Positions 48,821 to 58,842 of a stretch of DNA of 64,000 nt are shown one piece after another. The DNA is taken from assembly GCA_048882325.1 (NCBI GenBank), contig JBHLRS010000009.1, forward strand, positions 32,001-96,000, in the 5' to 3' direction. The notes beneath the pieces are model-generated. The model made no database searches. It saw only the letters and a program-made list of their open reading frames with translations, and was not told the DNA's origin. The stretch comes from Candidatus Thorarchaeota archaeon. GTDB lineage: Archaea > Asgardarchaeota > Thorarchaeia > Thorarchaeales > Thorarchaeaceae. The translations under genes and the position numbers were made by a program. Position 1 is the first letter of the stretch; every line of letters starts with the position of its first letter.

Positions 48821-50713
48821 TTGGCAAAGCCCAAGGAACTTCTTGAGGACAAACCTGGGAAGGAGATTCTTCTTCTTGCCAATGAAGCAATTGCTCGAGG
48901 TGTATTGGAAGCAGGTGTCAGACTAGTGGCACTATATCCTGGAACACCAAGTAGCGAGATTGGAAACAATCTGACACTCATGGCTCCACATATCCAGAAC
49001 TTCTACTTCGAATTTAGCACCAACGAAAAGGTTGCCTTGGAAGTGGCTGGCGCTGCCGCGGTTGCGGGTGTGAGATCCATGATGGTCTGCAAAGGTCCAG
49101 GTCTCAATGTCGCAGCTGACCCATTTTTCTCACTGGCATATGTTGGGGTCCGAGGAGGAATGGTGATTGTCGTTGCCGATGACCCAAGCATGTGGAGCTC
49201 ACAGAATGAGAACGATAGTCGATATTATGCGCTGATGGGAAATATGCCAATGATGGAACCAGCTGATCCTATTGAAGCAAAATCTATGTTACTTGAGGCT
49301 TACAAATTCTCTGAGAAGCTAGAACTTCCGGTTCTCTTTCGAACCACAACAAGAGTGAATCACACACGAGCTCCAGTGAAATTTGGCAAAATCCTCTCAC
49401 GCCCTGATAAGATTGAGTTCGAAAAGGAACCGTTCCGTTTTGTGCCAGTTCCATCTGTTGCACGCAAACGACATCCCTGGCTTTTGGGACAGATTGAGAA
49501 AGCACGTGAGCTCTCTGAGAAAAGTGCTCTGAACTTTACTGAAGGTAAGGGTGATCTTGGTATAATCACATCTGGTGTTTCCTACAATTATGTGGTCGAG
49601 GCTTTATCGACGATGGAAATCGAAGCAGAAGTCCTGAAGCTTGGAATCACCCATCCAATCCCTGAGAAGATGATGACAGAATTCCTACGCCGCCACAAGC
49701 AGGTCATGGCTGTGGAAGAGCTCGAACCAGTCCTTGAAACACACGCAAGACGCTTGGCTCATCTGAATAAACTCAATGTAGAAATTCTTGGAAAAGAACA
49801 AGGCATTTTCTCACGCACTTACGAATATAGCCCTAGGATTGTCATGGATGCTTTGAAGAAGGTTACTACACGTAATACACCTATTAACTGGGAAGAAATC
49901 GACCAGAAGACAGGTGAACTACCAGAACTACCTCCTAGACCACCACTTCTTTGTGCAGGCTGTCCTCACAGAGCAACCTATTATGCAATCCGCACAGCGA
50001 CTAGAGGAAAAGCAATCTATCCTTCTGACATTGGTTGCTATACTCTGAGTATTGCGCCTCCACTGGAAACAGCCGACATTCTCTTTGACATGGGATCCTC
50101 AATAACTACGGCATGCGGTCTTGCTGAAGTTACAGAACAGGATGTTGTAGCCACAATTGGTGATAGTACATTCTTTGCCTCAGGTCTTCCAGGTATTGCA
50201 AATGCAGTCTATAACCAGCATCGAATCTGCATAGTGATACTTGACAATCGAACCACAGCAATGACTGGTCACCAACCGCATCCAGGTACCGGGATTACAG
50301 GTATGCAGAAAGAGGTTCCACCCTTAGACATTGCGGAAGCATGCAAAGGTCTAGGTGTGAAATATGTCAAGACTGTTGAACCGTTTGAATCAATGGCAGG
50401 TCTCGTTGCTGAAGTTCGTGAGATGGTCAAATGGGTAAGAGAAAACCATAGTCCTGCAGTACTAGTTTCAATAGAACCATGTGCACTTCTTACTGCCGCG
50501 GATCGTCGACGAGCTGGGGAATTCCCACCCAAGTACTATGTCGACTCAGAGATTTGCAATGCATGCAAACGTTGTCTCAATCGTTTATCTTGTCCTGCCA
50601 TGTACATGGATCCAGAAACAGAACAGGCTGTGATTGATGAAACTCTGTGCAATCTCTGTGGAACCTGTGTTTCAGTTTGTCCACAGGGCGCAATAAAACA
50701 GGAGGATAAATGA
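48821..50713 (+). CDS. iorA: indolepyruvate:ferredoxin oxidoreductase alpha subunit
   Basis: YPGTPSSE, NEKVALE, GLNVAAD, LCAGCPHR, GDSTF, two C-terminal 4Fe-4S motifs. Confidence 0.95.
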   Translation: MAKPKELLEDKPGKEILLLANEAIARGVLEAGVRLVALYPGTPSSEIGNNLTLMAPHIQNFYFEFSTNEKVALEVAGAAAVAGVRSMMVCKGPGLNVAADPFFSLAYVGVRGGMVIVVADDPSMWSSQNENDSRYYALMGNMPMMEPADPIEAKSMLLEAYKFSEKLELPVLFRTTTRVNHTRAPVKFGKILSRPDKIEFEKEPFRFVPVPSVARKRHPWLLGQIEKARELSEKSALNFTEGKGDLGIITSGVSYNYVVEALSTMEIEAEVLKLGITHPIPEKMMTEFLRRHKQVMAVEELEPVLETHARRLAHLNKLNVEILGKEQGIFSRTYEYSPRIVMDALKKVTTRNTPINWEEIDQKTGELPELPPRPPLLCAGCPHRATYYAIRTATRGKAIYPSDIGCYTLSIAPPLETADILFDMGSSITTACGLAEVTEQDVVATIGDSTFFASGLPGIANAVYNQHRICIVILDNRTTAMTGHQPHPGTGITGMQKEVPPLDIAEACKGLGVKYVKTVEPFESMAGLVAEVREMVKWVRENHSPAVLVSIEPCALLTAADRRRAGEFPPKYYVDSEICNACKRCLNRLSCPAMYMDPETEQAVIDETLCNLCGTCVSVCPQGAIKQEDK

Positions 50714-50714
50714 G

Positions 50715-51329
50715 ATGTCCGGTAATAATGGTAATACAATTAATATTGCGATTACTGGTGTGGGAGGCCAAGGGGTTCTGACTCTTGCTGAGATTCTAGC
50801 CAAAGCGGCACTACAGTGTGGGCTCAACGTTCGTGTTGGAGAGATTCATGGGATGGCTCAAAGAGGTGGCCATGTTGTCTGTACAGTTCGTGTGGGCAAG
50901 AACGCAAGAGGACCCATTGTAGATCCAGGTTCTGCACATCTTCTAGTTGGTTTCGAACCTGTAGAAACTCTCAGGGAGATTCAGCTAGTGAAACAAGGCG
51001 GCTGTGTTTTGATGAGTTCCCACGTCCAACATCCAGTTGCGGTTTCAATGGGACAGGCTGAGTATCCTGATCATGATGAAATAATCACGAACATGAACAA
51101 GTACACTGACAGGATTATCGAGTTTGATGCTATGGAGCTTGCAGTGAAAGCAGGCAGTACACGTGCACTTAACATGGTCATGCTAGGAGCTATCGTTGGT
51201 ACTGGTCTTGTACCAATCACAGAAAAAGCCGCAATGGATGTTGTTCGTGAGGCATTTCCAAAAAAGTTTGAGAAAATCAATACTACAGCAACTAAATTAG
51301 GCTTCGAACAGGCAAAATCGTGTAGCTAA
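50715..51329 (+). CDS. iorB: indolepyruvate:ferredoxin oxidoreductase beta subunit
   Basis: GVGGQG, EIHGMAQRGG, NMVMLGA. Confidence 0.95.
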   Translation: MSGNNGNTINIAITGVGGQGVLTLAEILAKAALQCGLNVRVGEIHGMAQRGGHVVCTVRVGKNARGPIVDPGSAHLLVGFEPVETLREIQLVKQGGCVLMSSHVQHPVAVSMGQAEYPDHDEIITNMNKYTDRIIEFDAMELAVKAGSTRALNMVMLGAIVGTGLVPITEKAAMDVVREAFPKKFEKINTTATKLGFEQAKSCS

Positions 51330-51343
51330 TACAAGTATTACAA

Positions 51344-52622
51344 CTACCAGTCAATCAGATTCCCTGCAGCAACTGCAACCTGACCAATAGAAATCCCTCC
51401 ATCACCTAGAGGAACATCTCTGTGGATAAGGGGTATGAGATCATCTCTACTGACGTGATTTACCACAGCTCGTGTGATGATTCTGTTAAGTGCAACACCA
51501 CCAGAGAAACCAACATGCTGAACCTGATTCTCTTTAGCCACCTTACACGCAATATATGCCAAAGCTTCTCCCAAGTACCACTGTGCAGCATAGGCTATCT
51601 CATGTTCGCTAACACATTGTTCCTTTAACTCATGGACCTGCATCAAACCATGTGAGGTATCCAAGTTCAGTCCATCCCTTGATTTTATGAATCTAGGCTT
51701 GATCTGTTTCTTAGTAGGTTTCGCAAAAGCCTCGAGCTTCATAGGACATTCTCTATCATAGGAATTCATTGAACTTATTCCGAGAACTATAGCTACAGCA
51801 TCAAGGAACCTTCCAGCGCTTGTACTGTTCATCACACCAATCTGACGATTGATTGAATCAATTAGAATACTCAATATGTCAGATGTAATTCGGGTATCAG
51901 GCGCGATAGGCACTGATTCAATAACTCTGAGGAGGAGGTCATTTCTCTCTAGTGAGTTACCCAAATAGCTATTCAGAATCCCAATCGCAGACCTGGCAGC
52001 AAAAACAGCAGAGAGATCTCCACTTGGATAATCTACACCTTTAAGACCGCCAACTTTCTTGAAGTCTCTTAGACCACCAATCAATACTTCTTCTCCCCAT
52101 CCGTTACTGTCCATGCCAAACCCATACTCGTCAACTGTAATACAAACAATACTTGTATCACATAGCAATTTGCGGTCCACATGCTGCACATGAGGTGAAT
52201 GGGTAACGATACCATCGTGACTTTGAGTCTGTTAAGTCATGAATACAATAAACACACATTGCAATGTCTGACTGTAAAACAGGAATCGCTCCCTCTGTTC
52301 TCTTGTCCGAAGACATCTGTATCTCGAAGAATGTGAAGGAATCCGTGACATCTGTCCAATCAACGGTCAATGAATCAATGCGCGATATTGATGGAGGATT
52401 GTTCTTTATACTTTCAATCAGATCATTGATTCCTGTTTCTTCTCCTTCTGCTACAATCTTTACTCCTGCATCATCCAAGTTGAGAACAAATCCAGTGAGT
52501 GAGAACGAATCAGCAACATTGTAGACAAATGGTCTAAATCCAACTCCTTGGACTATCCCTGCTACATGAATCTCAGCTCTTTTCCTCACTGGCCATGACA
52601 CCTTTGATTTTTCCGTGATCAT
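51344..52622 (-). pseudogene. hypF: hypF carbamoyltransferase pseudogene (two out-of-frame fragments, large internal deletion)
   Basis: GIVQGVGFRPFV plus the first Zn finger ends at CAACGPQ. The second fragment has a degenerate DG.G.G.DG..WGGE motif, then TSAGRFLDA, SGGV, GDGGISIGQ. Confidence 0.85.
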
Positions 52623-52740
52623 TTCCGATATTAATTCGTTGAAGTGGCTGAACCTATCCTGTATTACAAGAAATACCAGTACCATGCCTGCTCTTTGTAG
52701 GTCCTCTTAAGGTCCATGTAGGAAAAAGGTTTGAGCTGCT

Positions 52741-53157
52741 TTGACGACTCATAGTACACGTACCCGGTCCTTGGTTAGAGAACCTGAAGTCACTCCTTCA
52801 ATACTAGCTTCAATACCAGAATGTCTTAGAGATGCTCTGAAAGAAGCAATCAGTACAAGAGGGAAAGGAAGGAAATCGGTCTTGATTTCAAGCAACAGTC
52901 TCACTAACAGGTTCATCTTCTCCAGATGGGGCATACGTCCGTCTCAACGAAGGAGATACAAGAATCTCTTTGCATCAGTGAGAAAACAGAGTCGAGTTGT
53001 GTTTCAGCATTTTCTTCTTAGAGGTCGAATTGAATGGACTGATGGTTCAGAGAAACACATCTTTGGAGTCTACAAATTCGATGAGATACGAGGAAATCTC
53101 ATTCTTGGGTTCGTGGTAATGACACCAGAGTCAGAATGGACCCTTTCTAAGCGATGA
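52741..53157 (+). CDS. hypothetical basic protein
   Basis: 138-aa Arg/Lys-rich ORF; no family recognised. Confidence 0.6.
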   Translation: MTTHSTRTRSLVREPEVTPSILASIPECLRDALKEAISTRGKGRKSVLISSNSLTNRFIFSRWGIRPSQRRRYKNLFASVRKQSRVVFQHFLLRGRIEWTDGSEKHIFGVYKFDEIRGNLILGFVVMTPESEWTLSKR

Positions 53158-53353
53158 TCCATACCAAACTGAAAGCTACATAAGCCTCCACTACTCTCGT
53201 CTGTATACAAAACTGTATCCACCCATTGATACTTCTTGGGAGTATTAGAAAAAGGCGTTATAACGCTTTATTTTCGATTTAAACGATGAATAGGACTGAT
53301 ACAGAGAATGGTCAAACACACACAGAAACCACAATTGAAAATGGTGAATTGAC

Positions 53354-53902
53354 TTGGGACCTGAGAACACTAAACAAGTTGGAGAAAAAACACGTATGAA
53401 ACAGTTGACATCTGGAGCTCGACAGGTACTGAAAGAACCAATTCTGAAGAAGCTCCAAGAAGGTTCAGTACTGAGCGAGGCACAGATAGAAACATTGCTC
53501 ATTGATTTAGTGGTAGAGGATGGATATGGGGTCCATATCACATATGAGGACAAAGCCGCATATCGGTCAAGACAAGGGAGTAGATCTCGAGGTGTTTCAA
53601 GAGGAGCATTCAATAGAACTCTGAAACAAGCCAGACGAAATCTGTCTCGTTGTCTTTACACTATGTTACTTCTCGCATACTTGGGTCTCTTTGAACTCAC
53701 AATATTCCGACCATTCGAAGAGGTTGCAGCTCGGATAGGTGACTATCGAAGAATCCGTGACATTCTTGCTGGAAAGACTGAGTTGACTACAGAAGAACTG
53801 GAGAGTGTCAGAACGACTGAACGAATTATCATGTCAGCACTAGATGAATTATCATCCTCACTTGCACTGAAATCTGAGATATCAAAGAAGAAGTCGGACT
53901 GA
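53354..53902 (+). CDS. HTH-containing protein (sigma-70 region 4 / HTH_10-like)
   Basis: LSEAQIETL...GVSRGAFNRTLKQARRNL. Confidence 0.65.
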   Translation: MGPENTKQVGEKTRMKQLTSGARQVLKEPILKKLQEGSVLSEAQIETLLIDLVVEDGYGVHITYEDKAAYRSRQGSRSRGVSRGAFNRTLKQARRNLSRCLYTMLLLAYLGLFELTIFRPFEEVAARIGDYRRIRDILAGKTELTTEELESVRTTERIIMSALDELSSSLALKSEISKKKSD

Positions 53903-53914
53903 TCGGATAAAGAA

Positions 53915-54110
53915 AAGAAAATGGCTCGAGCGTGTCGCACCGGAAGGATTCCGACGCAATTTGAGCACAGTCGTTCTCCAGCACTCAAGCAACCATTAGG
54001 TCATCCTGGAGGTTTGTTTGAGGAGATAGAGATGACAATGACGAGCGCCTGAAACGTCGGAGAGATGTGTCCAGTCGACGTCGGCCTTCTTGCCATTGTA
54101 CGACACACTC
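53915..54110 (-). ncRNA. unclassified ~185-nt rod-shaped RNA
   Basis: 13-bp end-to-end helix GAGTGTGTCGTAC/GTGCGACACGCTC, six further nested helices with G-U pairs, then a U-rich tract. Confidence 0.72.
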
Positions 54111-54295
54111 ATATTTTACATGGTAACAATGATACATAGTTCTAATCTTAGAACGAACTTTTTACCAGATTTTTCTTCGAAATTTGGCGCGTTTGATACA
54201 TGTAATACAACGAATACAATTCTCAATATCCCACGAAACCTTAACCGTAATCACATATGCACTAACACAATATACAGCTACAGAAGTGATTTTAC

Positions 54296-55549
54296 TTGAC
54301 TGACGAGAATACCCGCGATAGGATTTTCAGAGCAGTCAAGGAACGCATCAAGGAAACCGATGAGCAAGACAGAATACAGATGATAACCAACGCAATTGGG
54401 GATCGACGATATAGAGACCTTGTTGACATCGTTGCAAGGATTGAGGGTGAAAGTGACTGGCCCACAGCACTTGAGTATCTGATGAAGGCACAAGATAAGA
54501 AGTATTCCTCACCTATGACTATTGGTCAAGACAAGACAAGTTTGGAAGCGCTGAAATATAGGGAGATGATATTCGAGCTGCTATCCTGTCGCGGATTAGA
54601 GCCTGTCCCAATATCAATGACCAATCTTCTCACAAGCTTGAAAAACGAACCTTCACTTGTTGCTGCATCACGAGTTCTTTTGACCAAGCTAGAAGAAATG
54701 ACTATAAAGCAGATTGAAGCTGGCGATACCCTGTTCTTTGATTTCTCTGAGAACGTATCTATTTCTCAAGAAGTTGTAAACCTACTAGATCAAACTAGAA
54801 AAGAGAACATCCAAAACATCTCCATAAATCAAAACGGAAATCTATTCAATGTGGCTCCTCTCTGGCACAGTGAGTATGGTCGGCTTGCCATGTCTAATCT
54901 GGGGATTAAGGGGAATATTGTGGATTCCGACACATTCGATAGTGTATTATCAGTATTACAAGTATCCTCTATCATCAAAACAAGAACCGTGAACGTTCCT
55001 CTGCCTAGGAACATGAATGAGGATTCGTGGACTCGTCCCACAAACCAATCCTATAGAAAACTTCACTCTCATCTGATACATCATGAAGTGAACGACCTGA
55101 AGCTCTCGGCAAGCCGACACTCGATACCACTACTCAATGCACTTCTCAACGAAGCACTATCCACTTACGATAATGAATCATCCACTAACAAGTATAGGAA
55201 CATACTCGATTATATCAATGCACACATCTCGGTTCGTGACATAGAATCCCTACTTGCTTTGGAGAAAGCATCACGAATGAAGAACGTACGTATCGCAACT
55301 GCAGCAATCCTAGCTATTGGCAATTTTTATAATGAATCATCAGTCGCAACGCTGTTGAACCTCTTTTGTGCTGGAAGAGATGATGCGATAATTCAATCAA
55401 CTTCAAAAGCTATTGAGAATGTGTACAAGAAATGTCCAGAAGCAGATCATGCAATTTCCATTTCAGTGGATTCTGAATGCAGAAACCGTGGTACACTAAA
55501 GAAACTCTACAGACGTCTTAGCAAGGAAAAACCAGTGTATTACCGGTAG
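54296..55549 (+). CDS. helical protein with C-terminal HEAT-like repeats
   Basis: VRIATAAILAIGNF...SVATLLNL...IIQSTSKAIENV. Confidence 0.6.
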   Translation: MTDENTRDRIFRAVKERIKETDEQDRIQMITNAIGDRRYRDLVDIVARIEGESDWPTALEYLMKAQDKKYSSPMTIGQDKTSLEALKYREMIFELLSCRGLEPVPISMTNLLTSLKNEPSLVAASRVLLTKLEEMTIKQIEAGDTLFFDFSENVSISQEVVNLLDQTRKENIQNISINQNGNLFNVAPLWHSEYGRLAMSNLGIKGNIVDSDTFDSVLSVLQVSSIIKTRTVNVPLPRNMNEDSWTRPTNQSYRKLHSHLIHHEVNDLKLSASRHSIPLLNALLNEALSTYDNESSTNKYRNILDYINAHISVRDIESLLALEKASRMKNVRIATAAILAIGNFYNESSVATLLNLFCAGRDDAIIQSTSKAIENVYKKCPEADHAISISVDSECRNRGTLKKLYRRLSKEKPVYYR

Positions 55550-55608
55550 TACATAGAATACTGACCCTGACGACAGACATAAATCACACTCACTTCTGGC
55601 GTGAACCC

Positions 55609-56994
55609 ATGAAGAGTTCTGAGACCAAGCTAATCAAGAGCATGGATTCTTTCTTCAACCCAAAACGTGTTGCTCTTGTTGGTGCGTCTACAGACTACAG
55701 AAAACTTGGCAATTCAATACTGATGAATCTGCTAGCATCTGAGATAGAAGTGTATCCAGTAACTCGGAGTAGAGACCGTGTACTCGGAGTACAAGCTTAC
55801 AAAAGTCTCGCTGATCTACCAGAACCTGTTGATTTAGTCATCGTGGCTGTCGCTGCAAAGTACTGTTCTTCACTTATGCCTGAAATTAGAAAAGCCGGAG
55901 CAAGAAACGCAGTAGTGATTTCTGGTGGATTCAGTGAGGCTGGTCCCGATGGAGCTGAATTAGAACAAAGTCTTGTGAAGTCCGCCCAAGATGCAGGAGT
56001 ACGAATAATCGGCCCTAACTGTGTAGGCGTTTCCAACACCCGCTTGTTCAATGGCACATTTACGATGATGCCAGAACGAGGTAATATTGCATTTGTTTCC
56101 CAAAGTGGTGCTCTTGGTGGGATGCTTATTTACACAACTAGCGCTAAGAGGATTGGGATGAGTAAATTTGCTAGTATAGGTAATTCTGCAGACGTCGGTT
56201 TTGTTGAAATTCTTGACTATTTTAGAGAGGACCCAAAATCATCAGTCATTGCAGCCTATGTTGAAGGTGTTGATGAGGGCCGGGCACTGTTCCAGTCTTT
56301 ACATAATGCAGCGAAAGTGAAACCTGTGGTTTTATTGAAAGGTGGAAGGAGTGAGGCTGGTGGTCGTGCCGCATTATCACACACTGGATCTCTAGCTGGA
56401 TCTACGAAGATGTTTGAAGGAATGATACGGCAAGCTGGGTGTGTTAATGCCCCGACTTTAGATACCCTCTTTGAAATCTGTAAGCTTTTTGATTATCAAC
56501 CGCTACCAAAGGGGAACCGCATTGGTATTATTAGTAATACAGGTGGAGCAGGAGTTCTTGCTACCGATGCAGCAGCTGAGCTTGGCCTTGAAATTACAAC
56601 TCTCTCAAATAACACAAAAGAAGAACTTCGCCAAGTATTACCTCCAATGGCCTCAACCAACAATCCAATTGATATTGTCGCAAGTGGCGGTAGGAGAGAA
56701 TACAGAATAGCAACCGAACTCCTGTTAAGAGACACCAATGTTGACGTACTCCTCGTCATTTGTGCAGTTCCAACATTTGCAGGAATGACACAGACTGAAC
56801 ACGCAGCAGGAACTCTGGAAGGTGTTCGATCTGCCTCGATGAACAAACCAGTTGTAGGTGTTTGGCTAGCTGGAGATGTAGGTAAACCAGGAAAGGATCT
56901 TCTTGAAATGAATCGAATACCATGCTACGACGACCCAGCTGAAGCGGCACTTTGTATATCACGAGTAGTTGAGTATTCTGAAATGCATCGTTAG
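55609..56994 (+). CDS. acdA: ADP-forming acyl/acetate-CoA ligase alpha subunit
   Basis: VALVGAS, IIGPNC.G, SQSGALG, SHTGSLAG, NNPID. Confidence 0.9.
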   Translation: MKSSETKLIKSMDSFFNPKRVALVGASTDYRKLGNSILMNLLASEIEVYPVTRSRDRVLGVQAYKSLADLPEPVDLVIVAVAAKYCSSLMPEIRKAGARNAVVISGGFSEAGPDGAELEQSLVKSAQDAGVRIIGPNCVGVSNTRLFNGTFTMMPERGNIAFVSQSGALGGMLIYTTSAKRIGMSKFASIGNSADVGFVEILDYFREDPKSSVIAAYVEGVDEGRALFQSLHNAAKVKPVVLLKGGRSEAGGRAALSHTGSLAGSTKMFEGMIRQAGCVNAPTLDTLFEICKLFDYQPLPKGNRIGIISNTGGAGVLATDAAAELGLEITTLSNNTKEELRQVLPPMASTNNPIDIVASGGRREYRIATELLLRDTNVDVLLVICAVPTFAGMTQTEHAAGTLEGVRSASMNKPVVGVWLAGDVGKPGKDLLEMNRIPCYDDPAEAALCISRVVEYSEMHR

Positions 56995-57048
56995 GCTAAT
57001 ACTATCTATACTCACTTGTATCCTAATACCAGTATTACAAGTGATAAT

Positions 57049-57351
57049 CTACTGCGATTCAAGATATTCCTCTGCGATTTGCGGAAATTCTTGTGCAACT
57101 GCTTCACGAAGCTGCTTTTCTACCCACATACTCAGGTTGATTGCCTTTGACTTTCTGATGGCTTTCAGGCAAGCTCTGAGGTCGGTTGGAATTGAGAAAG
57201 AAACGATTGGGCTCTTACGTTCCTTGTTTGGAACAGATATCAGCTCACTGTGTCTTTCTATTGGAACAGTTTCCCTAGTTGTCATCCGAGTCGGTTTATC
57301 CTCTCCGTCTTCTTTTTCCGCTTCTTTTCTATACTTTCCAAGTAGACTCAT
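57049..57351 (-). CDS. ribbon-helix-helix DNA-binding protein with a flexible N-terminal tail
   Basis: 100 aa from ATG 57351 (GGAGGT RBS); IVSFSIP-TDLRACLKAI-NLSMWVEKQLREAV. Confidence 0.7.
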   Translation of the reverse strand: MSLLGKYRKEAEKEDGEDKPTRMTTRETVPIERHSELISVPNKERKSPIVSFSIPTDLRACLKAIRKSKAINLSMWVEKQLREAVAQEFPQIAEEYLESQ

Positions 57352-57352
57352 G

Positions 57353-58327
57353 TCATTGTACCTCCTTGAGTAGCGTTGCGTATGCTTCCGAAACAAGTTC
57401 AGCAATGTCCTTGGTCACTTCTGGACTTCCAGCGTTTCTAAAATTCTCAGCTGCTACTTGTTGACATCCGCGGGCAAGCATTCTAATATCACGTGGATTT
57501 CCTTTTGCTGCGGTATTGATTACCCTCACCGCATCATCACTAAAGGGGTATATTTCAAAGTCATTAGGATTGAATCCATCAATCCGGCCTTGTGCATATG
57601 CAATCCGACGTCCTATGAATTCCCTTGCCTTCGCGTCATTAAGTGGTGGAACATCGAGTGGCTCAGTACGATCTGCAATCTGCGGCAGAAATGAAAGCAT
57701 TGCATTCCAGTATATCAGAGTTCCAGACATGACCAAGGTAAAAATCGGTTCATCAAGAGCTCCCGAATATGCATCAATCATTTCCTCAGTCGGTAGGTCC
57801 GCAAGGAATCTCAACTTGTGAAAAGCTGCTTCTTGATTGTCAGCAACATCTTCAATGAACAGTGCTGTTCGACTTTGTTCTTCAAGATATCTTCGAAGAC
57901 TTTCTTTCGCAACTGCATCAATAATCTGGCTAGACTCCCATGACCTTCTGTATTTTATTCTGAGGGAATCAGCAATTGCAGAAGCCATTTGTTTCTCATA
58001 GAGACCAGTCATTCCAACATAGCCAGTGATGAATTTGTTGCCCTTACGATCCGCCAACGTAGGCAAATCTCTTAGTGCCAACAGCATCAACGTGCTCTTG
58101 CCTGAGCCTACGGGTCCTCGAATGAAGACATGACGTTCATTCGTAATAATCAAGTCAACAATGGAATCCAAAAAGTCACTGTCCTCTATGTACAAGCGAC
58201 TGTCTGGCATCTTGAAGCCACGAAAAGGTGAGAATCTAGCACCAATCTTTTCTTCCCACGCCCGGAGAACTTCCTTACGTGTATTGAAGTGACGAATCAA
58301 TGCACTCTCATGAATTGCAATTGTCAT
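57353..58327 (-). CDS. ExeA/GspA-like AAA+ ATPase
   Basis: SPF, GPVGSGKST, LFIED, LVMSG, IADR, GNPRDI; GGAGGT RBS before ATG 58327. Confidence 0.78.
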   Translation of the reverse strand: MTIAIHESALIRHFNTRKEVLRAWEEKIGARFSPFRGFKMPDSRLYIEDSDFLDSIVDLIITNERHVFIRGPVGSGKSTLMLLALRDLPTLADRKGNKFITGYVGMTGLYEKQMASAIADSLRIKYRRSWESSQIIDAVAKESLRRYLEEQSRTALFIEDVADNQEAAFHKLRFLADLPTEEMIDAYSGALDEPIFTLVMSGTLIYWNAMLSFLPQIADRTEPLDVPPLNDAKAREFIGRRIAYAQGRIDGFNPNDFEIYPFSDDAVRVINTAAKGNPRDIRMLARGCQQVAAENFRNAGSPEVTKDIAELVSEAYATLLKEVQ

Positions 58328-58496
58328 CTTGTGGACCTCCAAAGATGTGGTATCACAAGTACTTCTTGTAATACAATTTTGAAACTGTAGTTGAGGATAT
58401 AAAATGTATGGTAAATCTTGTCTATCAGACACAACCTTTTTGAAGAGAATGTACTGGCTGGAAGTTCAATCCACAGCTTTACAGGAGTCATTTAGT

Positions 58497-58775
58497 ATGG
58501 ATGTAGATCGAATCAAGCATATCATGAACTCTCTGATGATTCTCTCCTTTCTCATCTTTGGTGCTCTCTCAGGAATCATACTGATAACAGATGTCCGACT
58601 AACTGCTACATCCGTTTCTCTACCTTTTGCTTTCCTGTATCTTTCTCTAGCCACCTTCATAATCACAGCTCAAATCGAAGAGCGTCCGAAACTGATACAT
58701 AAATATCTCCGCGACTGGTTGGTAATCTGTCTAATCGGAATCATCATCAGTGCATTAGCCTTCACAATCTACTGA
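58497..58775 (+). CDS. small three-TM membrane protein
   Basis: Three hydrophobic helices in 92 aa. Confidence 0.65.
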   Translation: MDVDRIKHIMNSLMILSFLIFGALSGIILITDVRLTATSVSLPFAFLYLSLATFIITAQIEERPKLIHKYLRDWLVICLIGIIISALAFTIY

Positions 58776-58842
58776 TACAGAACACAAGAGTTTAGAACTG
58801 CTATGATGTACACCACGCTACCCCTCTAACGAAGTGAAAACC

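Noticed and set aside
53743-54096. Selenoprotein by UGA read-through (PPG-UGA-PNGC...CSNC)
   Set aside because: The read-through frame runs antisense into the 53354 gene, no selenoprotein family or SECIS was recognised, and RNA pairing explains the sequence better
53915-54110. Calling the RNA SRP, RNase P or true 6S RNA
   Set aside because: No SRP helix-8 GGAA motif, no RNase P GAGGAAAGUCC, and no large central bubble
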